From a virus, in the IMG/VR virus record IMGVR_UViG_3300041956_000313, positions 1-64,000 of that record: a DNA stretch of 64,000 nt; one strand, 5' to 3'. Below the pieces are notes generated by a model. That model was not told where the DNA came from. It searched no databases and saw nothing but the letters and a program-made list of their open reading frames with translations. Positions within the stretch are counted from its first letter, which is position 1. Each line of letters begins with the position of its first letter. Positions 1-8,343 of the stretch are shown here, piece by piece. Position numbers and translations under genes: made by a program.

Positions 1-4
1 TGGC

Positions 5-709
5 ATGCCGCGGCGGGTGTATCACCGTGAGATGGTGCAGCCCGCCGCCGGTCAGATGCAGATACATCAAGCGGTGCGCGCTCAGATGCTCAAGAGCAAA
101 CTCTCGGGTGCGAGCATCTCGAAAGACACGAACTTTGCACGTCTGCGAATGATTGCGAGCGGCTTTGCTACGTACGACACGCAAGACAGTGAGAAAGTAG
201 AAATCAAGTTTGAGTCGGCGCCGAAGCTCGATGCGATGGTCAAGCGTCTCAAAGTAGACATAGCGATGGGACACAAGGTTATCATCGTTCACGAGTTCGT
301 CTACTCAGGCAAGATGCTCGTTGAACGACTTCGCAAAGAGAAGATCAGGCATGTATTCGTGCATCGAGGACTCAAGGTGTCTGAGCGCCGAGAGGCAAAA
401 AAGAAGTTTGCGGCGCCTCGCTGCAGCGTGATGATTATGAATTGGCGACTGGGCGGAGCTGCGCTCGACTTTCCGTTTGCTAACTGGATGTACTTCTATG
501 AGACGCCCGTTGGTACACGGTATCGCGAGCAGTGCGAGCTCCGCATCAGGAGAGGCAATTCGGTGCATGCCGAGTCGCATTACGTCGACTTCGTGACGCT
601 CGGAAGTGTAGAAGAGTCAGTCCTAGACTTCTTGAAGGAGGGCAAAGACTTGCGGCAGACGCTGCTGTCAAAGCAGACATCGAATAAACAACTGGGGCTA
701 TTCGAATGA
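5..709 (+). CDS. SNF2/SF2 helicase, C-terminal RecA-like domain (5'-truncated by window edge)
   Basis: SAPKLDAM..KVIIV, GGAALDFPFANWMYFYE, EQCELRIRRG and YVDFVTLGSVEESV match the SNF2 HELICc motifs IV-VI pattern. Confidence 0.8.
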   Translation: MPRRVYHREMVQPAAGQMQIHQAVRAQMLKSKLSGASISKDTNFARLRMIASGFATYDTQDSEKVEIKFESAPKLDAMVKRLKVDIAMGHKVIIVHEFVYSGKMLVERLRKEKIRHVFVHRGLKVSERREAKKKFAAPRCSVMIMNWRLGGAALDFPFANWMYFYETPVGTRYREQCELRIRRGNSVHAESHYVDFVTLGSVEESVLDFLKEGKDLRQTLLSKQTSNKQLGLFE

Positions 710-1224
710 GCAGAAAGTCAGTTGCAGTTAGTTGGGCGGAATGTGGTGAGGGTGTTGAGCGACTTGTGCACGGAGTGAACCATTCACATGCGTGCAATGC
801 GTTTACTGACGTCATAGGCATCTCAAAGGGCGGATTGCTTCTGATGGCAGCGGTGTGCAATTCGAAAGAATTCAAGTCCGTCAGAATGCACGTGTACGAA
901 GTTGCACATCATTCAGGACCGGGCCGCAGTGCTGAAGCGGTGGTGAGATCCGCTCCTAACGTCTTCAAGGGCGTCACATTTGCGATGCGTACCATGCGCA
1001 TTCTCGTTGTGGATGATGTGATTGACTCAGGCAAGACGATTAACGCAGTTCGTGATTCTGTCATGTTGTTTCGGCAGGACCTGACGCGACCGCCTGTGGT
1101 GCAGATAACTTATGCCTGTCTGTTTCTCAGTGCGCGTCATTCGGCACGCGCTGACATCATTGCGCACGAGATGAAGCCGGATGACTGCTGGGTCAAGATG
1201 CCGTATGAGGGCATAGATGGCTGA
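706..1224 (+). CDS. type I phosphoribosyltransferase (purine/xanthine PRTase-like)
   Basis: VIGISKGG loop, PRPP-binding motif ILVVDDVIDSGKT, C-terminal WVKMPYE. Confidence 0.85.
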   Translation: MSRKSVAVSWAECGEGVERLVHGVNHSHACNAFTDVIGISKGGLLLMAAVCNSKEFKSVRMHVYEVAHHSGPGRSAEAVVRSAPNVFKGVTFAMRTMRILVVDDVIDSGKTINAVRDSVMLFRQDLTRPPVVQITYACLFLSARHSARADIIAHEMKPDDCWVKMPYEGIDG

Positions 1225-2230
1225 TGTCCGCGATATCTTGAACCGGCTGCACATTCCATATGTCGAGCGCGGTCCCAACGTCAAGCGCGGCAACGTCAAC
1301 ATTCGTTGTCCGTGGTGCTCTGACGACCCATCGCATCACATGGGCATTGTGCCGGAGTCGGGCTGGTATGGCTGCTGGCGTGATCGTAGTCACCGGGGCA
1401 AGTTCTTTCCTCGGCTGCTAGCTGCTGCTGCAAGCATCAGCATTGAGTATGCAAAGTCGATTGCGTCAGAGTACTTTAGTGAGTGGGCTCAAGATGACGC
1501 GTTCTCGAACGCGGTCAAAGCGATGTCGGACGCTCCGACAGATGAGCGCGTGAAGGCAAAGCGCAAGCCGAACGACAAGACGCTGTCGCGTGAGCTGCGT
1601 AACTTGCAAATCATCTCGGACAAGGATCCGCTTTGTCGGAGGCACAGAAGATATCTGGAAGCTCGCGGCTTTCCAGAAGCGTCGTCCGTCGCCCGTAGAT
1701 ACAGCCTCATGTATGCAGTCGGAGGCGAATGGAAAGACCGCGTGGTAATTCCGTACTATGTTTCTGGTAAACTCGTCACGCTCACCGGGCGCAGCATCTA
1801 TGAGGCAACGGAACTGCGTTACAAAGCTTTGCCCGAGAATAGGTCTATTCTTACCACGAAGCAGTGCTTGTATAATCATGACGACGCCGTAAAGCGCGAC
1901 GGCGTGCTGTTCGTTGTAGAGGGCCCGTTTGACGTGATCAAGTTCGATTTCTTCATTCCATCCAAAGCACACTGCGGCGTTGTCGGAGTGTCGTCGGTGG
2001 CAATCGAAGATGATCAGCTAGAGCCGTTGCTGAATCTGTGCGAGCGATTCGACCGGGTAGTGGTGATGGCTGATCAATCCGAGCTGAAACAGTCAATGGA
2101 CATGCAAGCGCAGTTAGGCAGGAAGGCTGTCGTGTTTGATTGGGGGCTGGCAATGTCGAAGAAAGACCCCGGCAATTTCACCAAGCAGATTGTTCGTGAT
2201 GTCTGCCGGCATTATGGCGCGTGTAAGTGA
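1217..2230 (+). CDS. DNA primase (Zn-finger + TOPRIM)
   Basis: CPWC..H..YGCW Zn finger, YLEARG, RVVIP, GRSI, TOPRIM VVEGPFD, C-terminal KDPG. Confidence 0.85.
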   Translation: MADVRDILNRLHIPYVERGPNVKRGNVNIRCPWCSDDPSHHMGIVPESGWYGCWRDRSHRGKFFPRLLAAAASISIEYAKSIASEYFSEWAQDDAFSNAVKAMSDAPTDERVKAKRKPNDKTLSRELRNLQIISDKDPLCRRHRRYLEARGFPEASSVARRYSLMYAVGGEWKDRVVIPYYVSGKLVTLTGRSIYEATELRYKALPENRSILTTKQCLYNHDDAVKRDGVLFVVEGPFDVIKFDFFIPSKAHCGVVGVSSVAIEDDQLEPLLNLCERFDRVVVMADQSELKQSMDMQAQLGRKAVVFDWGLAMSKKDPGNFTKQIVRDVCRHYGACK

Positions 2231-2927
2231 CCGCTTCGTTTGGCGACGGCGGATGATTGAATACGGGAGGGCGTACGCAGTGTTGGCAGATGGGCATGTA
2301 TCTAGCAAAGCGGAAGCCGCGTACAAGCGGCATTTCCACAAGTGCCCTATCTTGTGGGAGGGTAGTCTCGACGGCATCAAAGAGCACAATTGGCAGATTC
2401 TTTACATCGGGTCAGAGAAAGACTTTGGTGTAAACATTCCGTCGATGCGTGAGAGCACTCCGAGACCGCAGAAGTACTTCGAGCAGCAACAAATCTGGCC
2501 GAGGGGGTGGGTAGAACGACGCAAGTTCGATTTGGTAGAAGCTATTCAGCGCGCGCGCTCGGGCATGCTGCCGCGCTACAGACACAAGAGGGCAAACAAT
2601 GGGCATCAAGTTGCGACGCCGGAGGCGTCCGCTCAAATCGCTGTGGCCGGGAGTGGCCGAGGGTCACGCGAGAAAGCAGGTTTACAAGCATCTGTGGCGG
2701 ATGCACGGGAGGGAGACGTACGACGATCTAATGCAGGAGGCTTTTCTGGTCTACGCCCGCGTCCACGCACGGTACGCGACGAAAGCAACAAACCCGGCGT
2801 GGTTGATGTCGCTCTATCGCGAAAGTCTGCATCATCACTTGATCGATCTGGCGCGCCGGAGCGTGGTTCGAGCACGCTCCGAGCTCGTGACCGACGAGGT
2901 CGATATCTCGACGACGGACACAAGTGA
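2214..2927 (+). CDS. hypothetical protein; 3' part overlaps the sigma-like gene out of frame
   Basis: ATG at 2214 overlaps the primase end; the first ~125 aa fill an otherwise empty gap. Confidence 0.4.
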   Translation: MARVSDRFVWRRRMIEYGRAYAVLADGHVSSKAEAAYKRHFHKCPILWEGSLDGIKEHNWQILYIGSEKDFGVNIPSMRESTPRPQKYFEQQQIWPRGWVERRKFDLVEAIQRARSGMLPRYRHKRANNGHQVATPEASAQIAVAGSGRGSREKAGLQASVADAREGDVRRSNAGGFSGLRPRPRTVRDESNKPGVVDVALSRKSASSLDRSGAPERGSSTLRARDRRGRYLDDGHK

Positions 2928-3162
2928 ACCGGTCGACGTTTATGATCATGCGTTGGAGGCAATCGAGCGAGCACCTGATGAAATTCGGTCCGTGCTGCTC
3001 GTATTGCTCAAGGCGCCTGATGAGCTTCTGGAGGAGATACATCGGTGTGCGTGTCGAAGTGTTGAGCGCGCGTCGCGGATCATGTGCGCGCTCACGGGGC
3101 AGCCGCAAAGTCAGGACGTGTGGGAAAAGGCACGTGAGTATTTGAGGAGTAGTCTGCAGTGA
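2599..3162 (+). CDS. RNA polymerase sigma-70/ECF-like factor (region 2)
   Basis: ETYDDLMQEAFLVY...WLMSLYR..HHLIDLARR resembles sigma region 2; EAIERAPDEIRSVL resembles the start of region 4. Confidence 0.6.
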   Translation: MGIKLRRRRRPLKSLWPGVAEGHARKQVYKHLWRMHGRETYDDLMQEAFLVYARVHARYATKATNPAWLMSLYRESLHHHLIDLARRSVVRARSELVTDEVDISTTDTSEPVDVYDHALEAIERAPDEIRSVLLVLLKAPDELLEEIHRCACRSVERASRIMCALTGQPQSQDVWEKAREYLRSSLQ

Positions 3163-3178
3163 ATCGAGAGCATGACAC

Positions 3179-3703
3179 GTGTCCAATCTGCAATTGCAAG
3201 AACTGTCGAGGGCACCGACCGTGATCACAGTACGCAAACACATCGTCACCGAGACCGCGCACCGTCTTCTTGACTACGTCGGCAAGTGTGCGCATGTGCA
3301 TGGGCACAGTTACAAGTGGGAAGTGGAGCTGGGAGGGCATGAGCAGGACATGCCTCACAACGGCATCTTGATCGACTTCAAAGAGCTGAAGGCACTGCTG
3401 CAGAAGTACGTGCACGACGTGTATGACCACGCGCTCGTGCTGCGTAAAGATGATCCGCTGATTCAGAGCGCCGTGGCGTATCAAGCACTGGTCACTGGCG
3501 TGAGTGCTGATACAGCTCGCGTGGTTATTCATTCATTCAACCCGACGGCCGAGAATCTCGCAACGTTCGTTGGGCAGAGGTTTGAACGTGCCCTTGTGGG
3601 CAGGGTCCCTTTCGTGCGACTCGTGTCGTTCACGGTATGGGAGACAGAAAACAGTTTCGCACGGTATGTCCCGGAGGCAGTCAGACCCGAAACGTATAGA
3701 TAA
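3179..3703 (+). CDS. queD: 6-carboxy-5,6,7,8-tetrahydropterin synthase
   Basis: ETAHRL..GKCAHVHGHSY (catalytic Cys + Zn-binding His), IDFKELK, YDHA, NPTAENLA, VWET. Confidence 0.92.
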   Translation: MSNLQLQELSRAPTVITVRKHIVTETAHRLLDYVGKCAHVHGHSYKWEVELGGHEQDMPHNGILIDFKELKALLQKYVHDVYDHALVLRKDDPLIQSAVAYQALVTGVSADTARVVIHSFNPTAENLATFVGQRFERALVGRVPFVRLVSFTVWETENSFARYVPEAVRPETYR

Positions 3704-3750
3704 GTCGATTTTCCACAAACCAGTTTTTCCTTTTCAATGACGGAGTGACA

Positions 3751-4779
3751 ATGGCAACAATTCATAAGACTGAGAAAGAGATCGTCAAGGCCCTCGGCAC
3801 CGGCTTCAAGAAGCAGGGCGCGAAGGAGCCGCGGGCGAAGTATCTCGTGCGGCTCGCTGAGGCGCTGTCGAATATCGATGAGGACGACTACAACAGTCTT
3901 TCCACTGAAGCGAAGGACTGGTACGACGCGTGCGTGGCCGCGGCCGAGAAGAAGAAGGAAGCACCGGACTTTGACGATGTGAAGCCCTCTGCCAAAGACA
4001 AGAGCGGCGCGGGCAAGAAGGCGAAGGGCAAGAAGGCCGACGAGGACGACGAGGACGACGACTCGGACTCGGATGATGAGGATGACGAAGACGATGCCGA
4101 CGACTCTGACGACGAAGACGACGACTCGGACTCGGACGATTCTGATGATGAAGACGATGCCGACGAGGACGACGACTCGGACTCGGATGATGAGGATGAC
4201 GAAGACGATGCCGACGACTCTGACGACGAAGACGACGACTCGGACGCCGATGATGAGGACTCTGACGACGAAGACGACGACGACGCCGATAGCGACGAGG
4301 ACGATGATGACGCTGAGTCTCCGGACGAGGACAAGGACGACGGGGACGGTGCCGACGTCGCGAGCGTGCTGAAACGACTGAAAGTCGGCGACAAGGTGAA
4401 GGTGAAGACTGACGAGGCCGTCATCAAGGGCAAGGTCGTCAAGGCGATGCCGCGCGCGGTCAACGTCAAGGGACTCAAGGACGGCACTGTCGTCAAGCTG
4501 AAACTGGAAGACATCGAAGCCATCGAAGTTCTCTCGCAGGCAGAGCCCGCGGACGGTGAGAAGAACGAGAAGGCCGGCAAGGAGCGACTGTCCGGCACCG
4601 GTGAGAAGATTCGCGCGTGGCTCGTGAAGAACTACGCTATCACGGACGGCAAGACGGCGATGAAGAAGGCCGAGAAAGAGCTCGGCAACTTCAACCCGAA
4701 TACGTTCAAGCTGATGTTCTCCGAGTGTCACAAGTGGATTGATGCGTACAAGGCGCATCAGAAGGCGAAGGCGAAGTAA
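3751..4779 (+). CDS. protein with ~100-aa Asp/Glu tract, SH3/KOW-like domain and basic C-terminal domain
   Basis: GGAG RBS, strongly biased codons, followed by an intrinsic terminator; LKVGDKVKVKT..IKGKVVK beta-barrel pattern. Confidence 0.8.
   Translation: MATIHKTEKEIVKALGTGFKKQGAKEPRAKYLVRLAEALSNIDEDDYNSLSTEAKDWYDACVAAAEKKKEAPDFDDVKPSAKDKSGAGKKAKGKKADEDDEDDDSDSDDEDDEDDADDSDDEDDDSDSDDSDDEDDADEDDDSDSDDEDDEDDADDSDDEDDDSDADDEDSDDEDDDDADSDEDDDDAESPDEDKDDGDGADVASVLKRLKVGDKVKVKTDEAVIKGKVVKAMPRAVNVKGLKDGTVVKLKLEDIEAIEVLSQAEPADGEKNEKAGKERLSGTGEKIRAWLVKNYAITDGKTAMKKAEKELGNFNPNTFKLMFSECHKWIDAYKAHQKAKAK
4047..4245 (+). repeat. exact 85-bp direct repeat (4047-4131 and 4161-4245, period 114 bp) within the acidic tract
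   Basis: direct comparison of both copies. Confidence 0.9.
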
Positions 4780-4809
4780 CGACGACGCTCACCCGCGGCC
4801 TGATGCCGT

Positions 4810-4849
4810 AACCCCGCACGACTAACCCTCGTGCGGGGTTTTCTTTTTT
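4810..4849 (+). terminator. intrinsic terminator
   Basis: AACCCCGCACGA-loop-TCGTGCGGGGTT followed by TTCTTTTTT. Confidence 0.85.
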
Positions 4850-4863
4850 CGGAGGAAAGAGAA

Positions 4864-5436
4864 ATGAAGTTAGACACAGACACGATGATAGGAATCATTC
4901 GCGACGTCATAGAGTGCATCGGGGACGACGCTGACAGGCCGGGGCTTGAAGAGACTCCGGCGCGTGTGATCAAGTCGTGGGAGGAGTTGTTCTCTGGATA
5001 CACGGTTGACGTGCCAGCAATCTTCAAGACGTTCGATGATCACGAGAAGTACACCGGCATCGTGCTTTGTCGTGACATCGAATTCGTGTCGTTCTGTGAA
5101 CATCACTTGCTGCCTTTCACCGGCAAGGCGCACGTTGCGTACATTCCTAGTGCTCTGAAGAACAAAGTGGTCGGACTGTCGAAGCTTGCGCGAGTCGTCG
5201 ACGCGTACGCACGTCGGCTGCAGATGCAGGAACGAATCGGGCAGCAGGTAATACGAGCACTTGATGATTATCTGAATCCACGCGGCGCTGCGTGCATCAT
5301 CGAGGCTAAGCACATGTGTATGTCGTGCCGCGGAGTCATGAAGCAGCATAGCTCGATGGTGACATCGTCGCTGTCCGGTGCTTTCCTTGAAGAAGCGTCT
5401 GCGCGCGCAGAGCTCATGTCACTTATCAAACTCTGA
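4864..5436 (+). CDS. folE: GTP cyclohydrolase I
   Basis: [57 protein letters not shown]. Confidence 0.96.
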   Translation: MKLDTDTMIGIIRDVIECIGDDADRPGLEETPARVIKSWEELFSGYTVDVPAIFKTFDDHEKYTGIVLCRDIEFVSFCEHHLLPFTGKAHVAYIPSALKNKVVGLSKLARVVDAYARRLQMQERIGQQVIRALDDYLNPRGAACIIEAKHMCMSCRGVMKQHSSMVTSSLSGAFLEEASARAELMSLIKL

Positions 5437-5469
5437 AGACTTACCACGCCTGATCGGAGTGTTACAGGT

Positions 5470-6573
5470 ATGCTGCTGAGGGAACGTCTGCGATCGGCTG
5501 AACCAGAGCCCGAGATAAGTTTTAATGAGGCACTAGATTCCGGTGCCTTTACTTTGTTCACGAAGTATTTCGTGGAGCGGCCGGACAAGACTTACAAGAA
5601 CGGAGCTCGTGCTACACCGTCTTTGCGCAGTGATCCGAAGAAGGTGGAAGAGTTCTACCAGAGCCCACGGTTCATGAAATACATGCTCGAATATATGAAC
5701 TTCTTGCACGTGCACGGAGACATGTTTGACTTCTACGTCACCGTGGACGTTCTGAACAATGTGCGGCTGACGAAGCTAGCACTTGAGATGATGTTGGGAG
5801 AAGGTCTGCGGCCGATGCCGGTGTACCACTACGGTGAGCCGTTCTCAGTCTTCAAGGAATACGCCGACAAGCACGAGTATGTTGCGCTGGGTGGGAACTC
5901 GCCGGCTGATGCTCACTCGCTCGCAGCGTTCGCAAGTCCGGTGTTCAAGTATCTGTGTGGGCCGGCGATGAAGTTTGCACCGTCTGTGAAGATTCATGCG
6001 CTCGGCATGACGTCGGTGCCGTTCATGGCACACTTCCCGATCTACTCGTTTGACTCGACTTCGTGGGCGTATCAAGCGCGCACCGGGGCGATTCTTTTGC
6101 CTAGGCTAGATCATTTCGGCAAGCCGCGATGGCTAGACCGATGGTTTAACATTCCGATGACGGAACGCACTCGCAAAGCGCGCAATCATTGGCTGCACAC
6201 GTCGTCGACTGTGCGGCATCACGCGGAGGAATACTTCGAGTTGCACGGCTTCACGCGCTCGCAGCTTGCTGAGTCGTACACCGCGCGTGATCGATTCAAC
6301 ATGTTTTATTGGTTCAGCGTGCAGCGTGAGCTCAACGCGCATTATCGTGACCGCTGGGGGTACGACGGTGGGCGCGTATATCTCTCGGGCAATCCGACGA
6401 CGGGCGGTGACGAGCCTCATGTCTACTGTGAGACGATGATGAAGGCCGCGCGCCGCGCGAATATTCGAGACATCAACTATCTTGCTACGTTCTGGTACAA
6501 GAACGACTTGCGCGAGCTGATGGCAGTCAAGAACTGGTGGGACATCAAACTTGAAAAGAGGTCAAGACAATGA
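5470..6573 (+). CDS. dpdA: TGT-fold DNA 7-deazaguanine transglycosylase (DpdA-like)
   Basis: LDSGAFT, VDVL, PMPVYH, YVALGG, KIHALG and SFDSTSW motifs; directly follows folE and queD. Confidence 0.65.
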   Translation: MLLRERLRSAEPEPEISFNEALDSGAFTLFTKYFVERPDKTYKNGARATPSLRSDPKKVEEFYQSPRFMKYMLEYMNFLHVHGDMFDFYVTVDVLNNVRLTKLALEMMLGEGLRPMPVYHYGEPFSVFKEYADKHEYVALGGNSPADAHSLAAFASPVFKYLCGPAMKFAPSVKIHALGMTSVPFMAHFPIYSFDSTSWAYQARTGAILLPRLDHFGKPRWLDRWFNIPMTERTRKARNHWLHTSSTVRHHAEEYFELHGFTRSQLAESYTARDRFNMFYWFSVQRELNAHYRDRWGYDGGRVYLSGNPTTGGDEPHVYCETMMKAARRANIRDINYLATFWYKNDLRELMAVKNWWDIKLEKRSRQ

Positions 6574-7697
6574 AGATTGCGGCAACTGAGTTGCATGAGA
6601 CGCTGCGTGTAGCGATGCTGGGCACGGCGCAGAACGAAGCGATTGAGGCACTGACACATGTGTTCTTCACGGGCAGTGTCGTGTACGGATACGACGGCAG
6701 CGTGTATTGCGAGCACGTGCTGAAGTCGGACATCAAAGGCAGTGTGCGTGCGGAGACACTCTGGACTGTGGTCGATGCGCTAGCTGCACAGTCGAAGGGC
6801 GATGCTGATGTGATCGTCGAGGACAAAGAGCTGCGCGTCAGAATCGGACGCTCTTTCCTGCGCGCGCCGTTAAATCCGGCTGACACGTTCGAAGTGCCTG
6901 ACGTGAAGAAGACCGGGGTGGTCATCAAGGGCGCAGAGCAGGCACGTGACATGTGCACGGCGTTTCAACGTTGTGTGGCAGTCTCGGATGCGGTCGGGCA
7001 CTATGCGTATGCGCGTGGTGTAGTCGTGCATGTGTCCGGCTCGAACGTGCTCATGTATGGCACGGACTCGTCGAAACTCGCGCGATGTGTCGTGCAGTTG
7101 AAATCCGAGGACAAGCTCGGACTCGCGCCCATCATCGTGCCTTACCGTGCCGTGCAGATTATCCTGCAGCTCGGCGCGATCGTGGGTGGCGATGATCACT
7201 TCTCAATGCGGCTGAGGCTCAGTAAAGAGCAAGTCGTCTGTGAGGTGCTGCTGTCGGTAGACAAGGAGATTAGAGTAATCGCGCGCATGATCAGCCCGAC
7301 GATCTCACCAGACGAAGAGCTGCCGGACTTCGAAAGCACGATCAAGCAACACTTGCCGAAGCGTGAGGGTGTCGACCTCGACAAGGTGGCCGGAGACATT
7401 CACGACATTCTGTCCCGAGCTCGCAAGCTCATCGCGGCGGAGCTGCAGCGGTTTGTGAAAGTCACCGTGAAGGATGGCAAGACGACGTTCACGACGAACA
7501 CTGCACGCGGCGAGAAGTTGCGTGAGAGTGTTGATGCAGCTCTGCTCGTCGAGGGCACTGAGTGTTATGTCGACGTCGACGGCTTCCTGCAAGCACTTGA
7601 GCATGGGCACTCACTGCGGCTGACGTCTGAGCACGGTGCGACGTTCACGGGCAAGTCGTACACATATCTGATACCCACAGTGCCGAGATTGTCATGA
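6570..7697 (+). CDS. DNA polymerase sliding clamp, beta-subunit-like
   Basis: 375 aa, MKI..TEL start, YGTDSSKLA (cf. ATDGHRLA) and LPDFESTI (cf. FPDY..VI); clamp loader encoded nearby. Confidence 0.6.
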   Translation: MKIAATELHETLRVAMLGTAQNEAIEALTHVFFTGSVVYGYDGSVYCEHVLKSDIKGSVRAETLWTVVDALAAQSKGDADVIVEDKELRVRIGRSFLRAPLNPADTFEVPDVKKTGVVIKGAEQARDMCTAFQRCVAVSDAVGHYAYARGVVVHVSGSNVLMYGTDSSKLARCVVQLKSEDKLGLAPIIVPYRAVQIILQLGAIVGGDDHFSMRLRLSKEQVVCEVLLSVDKEIRVIARMISPTISPDEELPDFESTIKQHLPKREGVDLDKVAGDIHDILSRARKLIAAELQRFVKVTVKDGKTTFTTNTARGEKLRESVDAALLVEGTECYVDVDGFLQALEHGHSLRLTSEHGATFTGKSYTYLIPTVPRLS

Positions 7698-8230
7698 CTG
7701 ACAGTTCAAATCTGCGGAACCTCGAACGCTGGGACCTCACCGAAGGCAGCGAGTTGCGCACGAGCGCGACCATTCGAAACACTGGCGCATGGGTGCGCTT
7801 CGAGGACGTGGAGCGCTTACTAGGCGCTGCCGAGACGAAAGCGCCTCAACCGAAGTTCCGCGTCGGTCAGACGGTAAAGCTCGTCGGCGGGGAGTCGGAC
7901 CGTACCGTGCTCGCGGTGATCACTGAGCCGGTCTACACCGTCACGAGGGCCTCTGACCCAAGTGACTCCGTCTCGATTCGAGAGCATGAGTTAGAGGCTG
8001 CATCACAGTCGAAAACAACAGTGCCTACGGCACAGGCTGCACTACAGGTCGAGACGGAATCAGAGCGTGAGTGCGCGTTGCAGGACATCGCATATCGCAA
8101 CGGTGCACAGCAGGCGCTGGTAATCGCGCATCAGTCTCTGGAAGCAGCAGACAAGTGGTTTGCTGACCTCTGGCAGCGCACGCGCGAGGCAAGAGCTGCT
8201 TTGAAAACATCCGGTGACTCAGCGAGCTGA
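7694..8230 (+). CDS. hypothetical protein
   Basis: ATGA overlap with the upstream gene; PKFRVGQTVKL SH3-like segment. Confidence 0.55.
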   Translation: MTDSSNLRNLERWDLTEGSELRTSATIRNTGAWVRFEDVERLLGAAETKAPQPKFRVGQTVKLVGGESDRTVLAVITEPVYTVTRASDPSDSVSIREHELEAASQSKTTVPTAQAALQVETESERECALQDIAYRNGAQQALVIAHQSLEAADKWFADLWQRTREARAALKTSGDSAS

Positions 8231-8343
8231 AATAGTTCACCTGTTTCACTCGATCGGAGACTTGCAGAAGGAGATTGCACGTCTCCGACGTGAGTACAGT
8301 CGCATGCTCGATCGGCTGATGACTTTTAGACGAGGTAAACGCG

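Noticed and set aside
4047-4320. Repeats as a CRISPR-like array
   Set aside because: In-frame Asp/Glu codon repeats, no unique spacers, no cas genes
3529-4758. Long minus-strand and alternative-frame ORFs over the acidic gene (also over ssb/recA, capsid and others)
   Set aside because: Shadows of low-complexity or GC-biased + strand genes; no RBS or motifs
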